Both the position numbers and the translations under genes were made by a program. DNA of 32,000 nt from Candidatus Methylomirabilis oxygeniifera. GTDB taxonomy: Bacteria > Methylomirabilota > Methylomirabilia > Methylomirabilales > Methylomirabilaceae. The notes below the pieces were generated by a model. That model was not told where the DNA came from, made no database searches, and saw only the letters and a list, made by a program, of their open reading frames with translations. The stretch is taken from positions 1,410,001-1,442,000 of the forward strand of contig FP565575.1 of NCBI GenBank assembly GCA_000091165.1, written 5' to 3'. Positions 18,050-25,467 of this stretch are shown in pieces. The number at the start of each line of letters is the position of its first letter. Position 1 is the stretch's first letter.

Positions 18050-18643
18050 CTAGACCTTCAACTTGAGAAACGCCTCTGGCTTCGTCCAGTCGCCCCGTTC
18101 GAAGCGGAACAGCACGCTCTTGTCGACCACGAGCTGTCCATCATCACCCAGCGTAATCTTGACCCGTTCCAGCGGTCGGGGAGCCGGACCCTCAAAGTTG
18201 ATGCCGTCTCTGTGGAAACCGCTCCCATGGCAGGGGCATTTAAACTTGTTCTCCGCATTCAGCCAGTTCGGGGTACAGCCGAGATGCGTGCAGACCGCCA
18301 GAAGCGCATAAAACCCGTCAGCCTCATGAACGATCCAGACGCCCGCCTCCTGTTTCCACCGCTCACTGACGGTGCCGACCGGGTACTCCTCCGGCAGGCC
18401 GGCCTTGAACACTGCTGACGGCTCAAAGAGTACTCTCGGAAACATAAAGCGCCCGAACGCCACGCCGCCGATACCCAGCCCGGCCGCGATCCCGCACCAT
18501 CCCGCGAGACAAAACACATCGCGCCGCGACCAGAGGGTCGCATTGCTTCCCTCCGGCGTCGCGATGAGGCGATCTTCTCTATTCTCTCCGGTAGGGCTCT
18601 GCTCGTCCACTGCCCCCTCAGCCGTGACGACTGACGTCGTCAC
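18050..18643 (-). CDS. Rieske 2Fe-2S protein of the bc/b6f-like complex
   Basis: CTHLGC and CPCHGSGF cluster ligands; N-terminal TM anchor; first gene of the operon. Confidence 0.92.
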   Translation of the reverse strand: MTTSVVTAEGAVDEQSPTGENREDRLIATPEGSNATLWSRRDVFCLAGWCGIAAGLGIGGVAFGRFMFPRVLFEPSAVFKAGLPEEYPVGTVSERWKQEAGVWIVHEADGFYALLAVCTHLGCTPNWLNAENKFKCPCHGSGFHRDGINFEGPAPRPLERVKITLGDDGQLVVDKSVLFRFERGDWTKPEAFLKLKV

Positions 18644-19048
18644 GTTCTCGTCCCGTCAACTCCTTCTTTTTCAACCCTGTACGCAGCATACATAGTATAG
18701 CATCCCTAACCTGTCAAGGCGAAAAAGGCGAAATATGGTCCACTCAGGCTGGATAGAAATTAGAAATTCTTATCATCAACGATTCACTCCCTATCAAGGC
18801 AAACGTGGCCCCTACCCTTTTCCCCAAGCCACGCCCAAGTTATTTTTCTCTTGATTGGATTAGTCATATGTATAATACTAGATCAGGGGGGTCGGGTCAT
18901 CAAGCTGGAGGCTGCCACGCTCTCCCTGGAAAAGCCAGTTCCAGCTCCTGTATCACCACTCAACACATCGCCGCCAAAAACACTTGACCGCCTCTCAGGT
19001 TTGGGGTATGCATCTTAACTACGCCTTCCTCTTGGAAAGGAGGACTGC

Positions 19049-19273
19049 ATGGGAATTCGCACTGGAATACTGAGGGTCACCCACCACCCTGCTCCTCAAA
19101 GGGCCAGGAGTTGGACCCCTGCCGTCGTCACTCCTTCGTCACCCCCTCCCGCGAAACCCAAGCTTCTTGACCAGGTTCGCCTGGCGATTCGCGCTCGCCA
19201 CTACAGCCACCGGACGGAAGATACCTACGTTGGGTGGATCAAGCGGTTCATCTTCTTCCACGGAAAGCGTGTA
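19049..19273 (+). pseudogene. 5' fragment of an integron-type tyrosine integrase (IntI-like)
   Basis: LLDQVRLAIRARHYSHRTEDTYVGWIKRFIFFHGKR matches the IntI N-terminal SAM-like domain (IntI1: [38 protein letters not shown]); reading frame ends at the IS boundary. Confidence 0.85.
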
Positions 19274-19298
19274 GTGCCCCCCTGAAAGTCAACAGGGC

Positions 19299-20150
19299 TT
19301 ATGCCGCCTGGGGGAGTTGATAGAACTGTTCACGCCAGACCCGAGGGGTGAGATACCCCAGGGCCGAATGCTGTCGCTCGCTGTTGTAGCGGTCGATCCA
19401 GGCCATGATGATGGATTCGGCCTCCGCGAAGGACTCGAAATGGTGCAACCAGACACATTCTTGCTTCAGGGTGCGGAAGAAGCGTTCAATGACCCCGTTG
19501 TACTCCGGGGAGTATCGAGGGATAAACTCCTGGGTAATCGCAAGCTGCTGGGTGGTCCCAACGAACAGGCGGGCCAGGAAGATGGAACCGTTATCGTGCC
19601 GAAGCCGCAGGCCCTCGGGTACGTGGGCGAAACTTCCATAGCACTGGAGAATGCCTTGCTCCAGGGCATCGACCGCTTCGATCGCCCGACCCTGGCGGGC
19701 AAACCGAGCGCCGACGCACTCGCGGCTGCCAGCGTCGAGGACGCCGATAAGACTCGCCCAGCCATCCCGACCACACCAGATCTTCGTCGCATCGGTGGCC
19801 CAGAGCCGGTCCGGCTGCTGGACCGTCGAACACTTCTCCCACGTCGGCGTGGGCCGCAGGGCTGGACGGTGCCACACGCGGCATTGCCACCCTTTCCGTT
19901 GCATGATCCGATGGACCGTCTTGCGATTCACCCTGACGCCCTCCTGGAACCGCAGCCAGGCCCACACCCGCCGGTAGCCGAAGGTCTCCTCGCGGTCCAG
20001 GATGTTCCGGATCCGCTGGGCCAGGCGCTCGTCACACGGCGCCTGCTGCGGGGAAGTGGGCGCCGAGCCGCGCTGCCATTTGTAGAAGCCCGCGCGCGAG
20101 ACACCCAGTGTCCGGCACGCCAGACTCAGCGGCGCACCCTGCGCCCTCAA
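19299..20150 (-). CDS. IS3-family transposase OrfB (DDE integrase core)
   Basis: LSLACRTLGVSRAGFYKWQ, ATDATKIW (D), LRLRHDNGSIF (D), YSPEYNGVIERFFRTLKQE (E). Listed start is a TTG; probably expressed mainly as an OrfAB frameshift product. Confidence 0.93.
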   Translation of the reverse strand: MRAQGAPLSLACRTLGVSRAGFYKWQRGSAPTSPQQAPCDERLAQRIRNILDREETFGYRRVWAWLRFQEGVRVNRKTVHRIMQRKGWQCRVWHRPALRPTPTWEKCSTVQQPDRLWATDATKIWCGRDGWASLIGVLDAGSRECVGARFARQGRAIEAVDALEQGILQCYGSFAHVPEGLRLRHDNGSIFLARLFVGTTQQLAITQEFIPRYSPEYNGVIERFFRTLKQECVWLHHFESFAEAESIIMAWIDRYNSERQHSALGYLTPRVWREQFYQLPQAA

Positions 20151-20503
20151 CTGGTCGACCTCCGCCCACGTTGGCGGATCAGCGCGTCGGTTTTTTTTAA
20201 CAGCTCCTTCTCCAGGGTGAGCTGGCCCACCTTGCGCTCCAGCTCCCGCACGCGGCGCTCCCGCTCAGAGTCGATCTGTCCCCGGCGCGTCTTGAGCGCC
20301 GCCTGCCCGCCTTCCAGGAACCGATCCCGCCAGGCAAACAGTTGGGCTTGGCTGAGCCCATACCTGCGGGCCAGCTCCGCGGCCTCACCACCACGCAATA
20401 GTTCCAGCACCACAGCCGTCTTGCGGGTGATCGTCCAGCGATTCTGTGTCAGGGTCGACTCGGCCATTCGACACCTCCTTGTTGAGTCGCCCCAGTTTGT
20501 CAC
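20147..20503 (-). CDS. IS3-family transposase OrfA (helix-turn-helix, leucine-zipper)
   Basis: [39 protein letters not shown]...[23 protein letters not shown]; A8 run at the 3' end. True start is probably internal (MAESTLTQ). Confidence 0.9.
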   Translation of the reverse strand: MTNWGDSTRRCRMAESTLTQNRWTITRKTAVVLELLRGGEAAELARRYGLSQAQLFAWRDRFLEGGQAALKTRRGQIDSERERRVRELERKVGQLTLEKELLKKTDALIRQRGRRSTS

Positions 20504-20533
20504 AAGCGCTGTCTACTTCTCAAGGGGGTCAGT

Positions 20534-20715
20534 ATAAGCGGGCCACGTGCCACACCTTTCGCCATTCCTTTGCCACGCACTTGCTTGAAGGCGGCTACGA
20601 TATTCGAACTGTCCAGGAACTTCTAGGCCATAGCGACGTGAAGACAACGATGATGTACACCCATGTCCTCAACCGTGGTCCGGCAGGCGTTCGCAGTCCG
20701 GTTGACGGGCTATGA
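20534..20715 (+). pseudogene. 3' fragment of an integron-type tyrosine integrase (IntI-like)
   Basis: [60 protein letters not shown]; IntI1 has [54 protein letters not shown]. The frame enters from inside the IS; no intact start. Confidence 0.92.
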
Positions 20716-20890
20716 GGTCAGCAAGGAGGCTGTTATGCCGATCCGCATAAGAAGCCGTGATACACTGCTGGATTGCACCCAGCCGGCGGACAATAAGGAG
20801 ATGCGCGCGCCACTGGGCGGCGCTCCTAAGGTGTGATATGACGACAGGAAAACGAAACTCCGCATCTTATACGGATCATTCTAATTATTG

Positions 20891-21774
20891 TTAGCCGTAC
20901 AAGAGACATAACCCATGGAAAGTTTGCTTGTTCGTATAGCCAAGGAAAGATTCACACACCCAACTAGCCAAATTGTTCATTTTGTAGAAGACAACGATGA
21001 TGCAAACGACATATTAAATAATCTCGACCAGTATCCCCACGCATATGTTCTTGCTTGTCTGATGGATCGGCAGATTAAGGCAGAACGGGCTTGGGTAATT
21101 CCCTATTTAATCTACAAAGAATTGAATTCGTTTCTCCTGGACGACCTTGCAAAGATTGGGCTACCTGAACTAAAGCGCATTTTTAACGCCAACAAGCTCC
21201 ATAGGTTCAACGACACTATGGCGTCAGTTTTTCATGATGCTGTGTTGAAGATTAAAAACGAATACGAAGGAAATGCCGCAATTATTTGGAGCAATAATCC
21301 AAGCAGCTCAGCAGTTGTTTATAGATTCTTGGGATTTAAAGGGAGCGGCATAAAGATATCCACGATGGCAGCTAATATCCTTGCAAGACAATTCAGAATT
21401 CCATTCTCAGATTACTACTCAATTGATATATCGCCAGATGTTCACATCATTAGGGTAATGAAACGAATGGGCTTTGTGCCATCTGATGCGAATAACGACA
21501 TGGTTATATATAAAGCGCGTGAACTAAATCCAGGGTTCCCGGGAATCATTGACTTTTCATGCTGGGAGATTGGCAGAAAGTGGTGCCGCCCAAGAACGCC
21601 AAATTGTGTTGACTGCATTGTTACGTCAGAGTGCAACAAAGTAACATCTGTGCAAGACAGCCAATAGATCACAGTTAACAAGAAGCCATGAATTCAAGAC
21701 AAGCATTACGTACGGCTAACCCCCGGTTCCAGGCGACGTCGGCGCTAACGCGCCGCCGCGCCTGAACCGAAACG
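20891..21774 (+). mobile_element. Integron gene cassette (884 bp) bounded by GTT core sites
   Basis: Starts at G^TTAGCCGTAC (20890/20891) and ends at the ACG^TTATGG core (21774/21775). Cassette start GTTAGCCGTAC is the exact reverse complement of GTACGGCTAAC at 21710-21720. Confidence 0.82.
20915..21667 (+). CDS. Endonuclease III / HhH-GPD-like DNA glycosylase with [4Fe-4S] loop (cassette-borne)
   Basis: HhH-like FLGFKGSGIKISTMAANIL; catalytic-Asp region DISPDVHIIRVMKRMGFV; C-x6-C-x2-C-x5-C iron-sulfur loop WCRPRTPNCVDCIVTSEC; AT-richer than neighbours. Confidence 0.8.
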   Translation: MESLLVRIAKERFTHPTSQIVHFVEDNDDANDILNNLDQYPHAYVLACLMDRQIKAERAWVIPYLIYKELNSFLLDDLAKIGLPELKRIFNANKLHRFNDTMASVFHDAVLKIKNEYEGNAAIIWSNNPSSSAVVYRFLGFKGSGIKISTMAANILARQFRIPFSDYYSIDISPDVHIIRVMKRMGFVPSDANNDMVIYKARELNPGFPGIIDFSCWEIGRKWCRPRTPNCVDCIVTSECNKVTSVQDSQ

Positions 21775-21780
21775 TTATGG
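21714..21780 (+). repeat. attC recombination site (R''-L''-L'-R')
   Basis: R'' GGCTAAC (21714-21720), L'' CGGTTCCAGGCG (21724-21735), L' CGCCTGAACCG (21759-21769), R' GTTATGG (21774-21780). L'' carries one extra base relative to L' (extrahelical base); terminal loop forms its own GC stem. Confidence 0.82.
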
Positions 21781-22014
21781 GTTGATGCGGTGAGGCGGCT
21801 TGGCCGGACGGCGGCTATAATATAAGGCGTTGGGTGCTTTACCCGCTCCAGGAATATCACAACCTGACGCATGATGAGATCGCCCCCTTGGTCTTGGGAA
21901 TTCCGGAAACACCGTACTCGAATTACGGAGGCACCGTACTAATTCCGCCGGCAGCCCCATCTCCCTCCTGACTACCGGCGCTGAAGGCAAGAACAACACA
22001 AGACCAGGCCGCCA

Positions 22015-22314
22015 TCACGCTCCCGCACCGATAGGATGAAAGCGCTTGACCCTGATGCGGTTGCTGCGCATGCGGGCCTGGGCGGCATCGTACCCGGCCT
22101 GCATGTTCAGCAGTAAGTCCATGTTAACACCGAACGCCTTTTCCAGCCGCAAGGCCATCTCGGCCGAGACAGCCGCCTTGCCATTGGTGACATCAGACAG
22201 AGTGGCGCGGCGCACGCCAAGGATCTCCGCAGCCTTAGTTACGGAGAGACCCAGAGCGCCGAGTACGTCCTCGCGGATGATTTCGCCCGGATGGGGCGGG
22301 TTCTTCATGGCCAT
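22015..22314 (-). CDS. higA: HigA-family antitoxin (XRE HTH)
   Basis: [77 protein letters not shown]. Confidence 0.93.
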   Translation of the reverse strand: MAMKNPPHPGEIIREDVLGALGLSVTKAAEILGVRRATLSDVTNGKAAVSAEMALRLEKAFGVNMDLLLNMQAGYDAAQARMRSNRIRVKRFHPIGAGA

Positions 22315-22326
22315 TACTCAATCCTC

Positions 22327-22611
22327 CTAATGGTAATCCTCAAAGTTCAGGTCCGTAATCACACTGCCTTTAACCATAAAGGTCACGCGCCAGTTGCCGG
22401 TGACGGTGATGCTGTATTCGCCTTTGCGACCGGCTTTCAGCGGGTGTAGTTTCCATCCCGGTACGGTTTGCACCTGTGACAGGTTGTCGGCGAACTGCAG
22501 CGCGGCGAGTATTGCCTTGATTTTTCTCACAGAGGCGGCGGGCAGCAGGCTGCCGTCGTCATCCTCATAAAGTCGCTTGAGGCCACGGTGTCGGAATTTC
22601 CCGATGTGCAT
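22327..22611 (-). CDS. higB: HigB/RelE-family toxin
   Basis: FRHRGLKRLYEDDDGSLLPAASVRKIKAILAALQFADNLSQVQTVPGWKLHPLKAGRKGEYSITVTGNWRVTFMVKGSVITDLNFEDYH; immediately upstream of higA. Confidence 0.93.
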   Translation of the reverse strand: MHIGKFRHRGLKRLYEDDDGSLLPAASVRKIKAILAALQFADNLSQVQTVPGWKLHPLKAGRKGEYSITVTGNWRVTFMVKGSVITDLNFEDYH

Positions 22612-22616
22612 AACTT

Positions 22617-22645
22617 ACTGTACGCTATTACCGTACGGATGTCAA
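22617..22645 (-). promoter_or_regulatory. Putative promoter/operator of the first higBA pair
   Basis: Minus strand TTGACA (22645-22640), 17-nt spacer, TACAGT (22622-22617), ATG at 22611; inverted repeat CTGTACG...CGTACGG (22618-22624/22632-22638) overlaps the promoter. Confidence 0.55.
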
Positions 22646-23038
22646 GGTGAATCCCTGAACCCCTTATCTCTGAATCCTGAGACACCATATTTGTTTTTGA
22701 ACTTCAGTGACGCGCCGGCGGGGGTCCGATCAAGAGATTTGCAAACAAGAGATCGGGAGGGCGCCATGCCCATGTTATAACCACAAAGATTTTAGGCTGC
22801 TCATTTCGTGGTCATCCATGAGTTGGGTGGATGATCAGTCAAGTCACGCATCAATCGACGTAACGCCTATTACGTCGGAATATTCGATAGTTCCAAGCCT
22901 TCTCCCACAAACAGATCACTATCAGTCGTTGGCACGGAAACTGCTCGCCCTACATCCAGCGTGTGTCCCGACAAAGATGTCGGATACGACACGACGACAG
23001 TGTCCACACATTTCCCTACATCATAACTAGGAGCAGCC

Positions 23039-24415
23039 ATGCCACAACGACGTGTCGTGAATGCCGTCATTCTGCTGGTTCTCGCCGCCGCACTACTGTT
23101 CACCTGGACCACGTCCTTCGCCCAAGAGGTCTTTCCGGACCAACCTGCCGCAGAAGAGACCTCGGCACCCGCCCCGCCGGCGCCGCCTAAGATCGACTCC
23201 GGGGATACGGCCTGGATGCTCACCTCTTCGGCATTGGTGCTGTTGATGACCGCGCCCGGTCTCGCGCTGTTTTATGCCGGCCTGGTCCGTCGTAAGAATG
23301 CGCTGGGGACGATCATGCAGAGCTTCATCACCCTGGCCTTGATCAGCGTGCAGTGGGCCCTATTTGGCTACTCCCTGGCCTTCGGCCCCGATACGGGCGG
23401 TATCATCGGGAGTCTCGACTGGGTCGGACTTCGCGGCGTAGGACTGGATCCTAATCCCGACTATGCAGCGACTATCCCGCACCAAGCCTTTATGATTTAT
23501 CAGATGATGTTTGCGGCCATCACCCCGGCCCTCATCACAGGCGCGATAGCCGAACGGATGAAGTTCAGCGCGTTTCTGCTCTTTACCATATTGTGGGCAA
23601 CATTGATATATGATCCGCTTGCACACTGGGTCTGGGGGGTGGGCGGGTGGCTGCACAAGATGGGCGCGCTCGACTTTGCCGGCGGTACTGCCGTCCACAT
23701 CAGCTCCGGCGTGTCGGCCCTGGCGGCAGCCCTGGTTGTGGGGCGACGGCGCGGCCATCCCGGAGAGCCGATGCCACCCCATAATCTGACCATGACCGTC
23801 ACCGGCGCGGCCCTCCTTTGGTTCGGCTGGTTCGGCTTTAACGCGGGGAGCGCCGCGGCCGCCAACCGGTTGGCTACCAACGCCTTTGTCGTCACTCACC
23901 TTGCGACAGCGGCGGCCGCGCTCTCATGGATGTTCGTCGAGTGGGGCTCCCGAGGCAAACCAACCGTCCTCGGGGCGGCCAGCGGCGCCGTCGCGGGACT
24001 CGTTGCCATTACCCCGGCATCCGGCTACGTCGGCCCGATGTCGGCCATCGTTATCGGCGCCGGTGGGGGGATCCTCTGCTACTCGGCCTGTATGCTTAAG
24101 GCGCGGCTGGGCTATGATGATTCACTGGACGTTGTGGGGGTTCATGGCGTCGGCGGCACGTGGGGCGCGCTGGCCACCGGCCTGTTTGCTTCTAAAGCGG
24201 TCAACCCGGATGCGGCCGACGGGCTGTTCTTTGGCAATCCTCATCAGTTCGTGGTGCAGGTGATCGCAACGCTGGCCTGCATGCTTCTGGCGTTCGTGGG
24301 TACGGTCATTCTGCTGAAGCTTGTCGACGCGCTGGTCGGCCTTCGGGTCAGCAGTGAAGAGGAACAGATGGGCTTGGATCTGAGCCAGCACGAAGAGAAC
24401 GCCTACGGCTTCTAA
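23039..24415 (+). CDS. amt: Ammonium transporter with N-terminal signal-like extension
   Basis: [102 protein letters not shown]. Confidence 0.97.
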   Translation: MPQRRVVNAVILLVLAAALLFTWTTSFAQEVFPDQPAAEETSAPAPPAPPKIDSGDTAWMLTSSALVLLMTAPGLALFYAGLVRRKNALGTIMQSFITLALISVQWALFGYSLAFGPDTGGIIGSLDWVGLRGVGLDPNPDYAATIPHQAFMIYQMMFAAITPALITGAIAERMKFSAFLLFTILWATLIYDPLAHWVWGVGGWLHKMGALDFAGGTAVHISSGVSALAAALVVGRRRGHPGEPMPPHNLTMTVTGAALLWFGWFGFNAGSAAAANRLATNAFVVTHLATAAAALSWMFVEWGSRGKPTVLGAASGAVAGLVAITPASGYVGPMSAIVIGAGGGILCYSACMLKARLGYDDSLDVVGVHGVGGTWGALATGLFASKAVNPDAADGLFFGNPHQFVVQVIATLACMLLAFVGTVILLKLVDALVGLRVSSEEEQMGLDLSQHEENAYGF

Positions 24416-24770
24416 AGACGGGGTGGAGGGTGTGGGGTGTGAAGGGAAGTTATGCCTTGCCTGGCCCTGCACCCTCCCACACTCTGCTTTTGACATAACG
24501 AGTACGACGACACATAAAGATAGAAGGCTGATGGTGCGTGCAGCGACCGGAAATCTGATCTTACACCACCGCCTCCACTATCTCCCTTGTTAAACTCGCC
24601 GCATTTTTGTTCCGGTGTTGACTACCACACACTTCATATCTATATTAAATTGGCCTTGAGAGATCGTGTTGAAACTCCCTCAAGGGAGGAGTCCGGATGC
24701 GCAAACGCTTGCCGAAGCAATGTTAACCTGTATCTTGCCCGCCGCTGGCGGGCGGCAAAGGGAGGTCCCG

Positions 24771-25277
24771 ATGATTACACTCAAGAAGGTGCTGGTGCCG
24801 ACGGATTTCAGCGAGGCCTCGAAGGTGGCGATCAAGTATGCGCGGAACTTTGCCTCCACGTACCACGCCGCAGTGCATGTCGTGCACGTATTACCGGATG
24901 CCTCGGTCACGCCGTGGGCGTTCGGGGTCGAACCTGAGGTCATGGGACTGTCGAGCGCGGAGCGGGAAAAGCGGTGGAAGGAGCGGGCCGCAGAACAGAT
25001 GAAGCAATTGTTCTCGGAGGCGGAGCGAAAGGATCTTGAACTGCACCTGACAACGCTGGTGGGTCATCCGGTCCAGCAGATTCTACAATACGCCACCGAG
25101 CAGGAGGTTGATCTCATTGTGATGGGGACGCACGGCCGAAGCACTGAAGGGCCTAACATCGGGCAGAATTTTCCATGGGAACCCCCGATAGGAAGTGTCG
25201 CCGAGCGAGTGGTTCGCGGAGCCCCGTGTCCGGTCCTCTCCGTTCGTCATCCGGAGCATGAGTTCGTAACGCCTTAA
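24771..25277 (+). CDS. Universal stress protein, UspA family
   Basis: MITLKKVLVPTDFSEASKVAIKYARNFA...LIVMGTHGRSTEGPNIG...GSVAERVVRGAPCPVLSVR. ATG at 24771 after GGGAGG. Confidence 0.93.
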   Translation: MITLKKVLVPTDFSEASKVAIKYARNFASTYHAAVHVVHVLPDASVTPWAFGVEPEVMGLSSAEREKRWKERAAEQMKQLFSEAERKDLELHLTTLVGHPVQQILQYATEQEVDLIVMGTHGRSTEGPNIGQNFPWEPPIGSVAERVVRGAPCPVLSVRHPEHEFVTP

Positions 25278-25349
25278 CTGATCTTCAGGAACGCGCGAGC
25301 CGATGACGTCGGCCAATTGAGTCGAGCGCTCGCGAAGAGGCAAAACGAC

Positions 25350-25393
25350 AAACGCGACGCGGATCGCACCTTGCGGCGACCCGCGTCGCGTTT
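25350..25393. terminator. Probable bidirectional terminator between convergent genes
   Basis: Perfect 13-bp arms AAACGCGACGCGG (25350-25362) and CCGCGTCGCGTTT (25381-25393), followed by TGTGATTTTT. Confidence 0.6.
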
Positions 25394-25467
25394 TGTGATT
25401 TTTGGATGCTGCAATATCTGTCAGAAAGGAGTGATGGCGTCTCCTCCCCACCGGAAGATTGGGCCGT

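Larger units (their letters stand above)
19275..20531 (-). mobile_element. IS3-family insertion sequence, about 1.26 kb
   Basis: orfA/orfB arrangement; imperfect terminal repeats TGCCCCCCTGAAAGTCAACA (19275-19294) and, on the minus strand, TGACCCCCTTGAGAAGTAGACA (20531-20510). Possible 3-bp GTA flanks at 19271-19273 and 20532-20534, if the left end is set one base earlier (19274). Confidence 0.88.

Noticed and set aside
19317-20537. 406-aa plus-strand ORF
   Set aside because: Antisense shadow of the IS3-family orfB/orfA; low-complexity composition typical of reverse-frame GC-rich DNA.
21823-21836. Possible second cassette boundary AAGGCGTTGGGTGC
   Set aside because: GTTGGGT fits the GTTRRRY core, but I could not find a matching R''/L'' half upstream or a complementary ACCCAAC downstream; higBA cannot be shown to be a second cassette.
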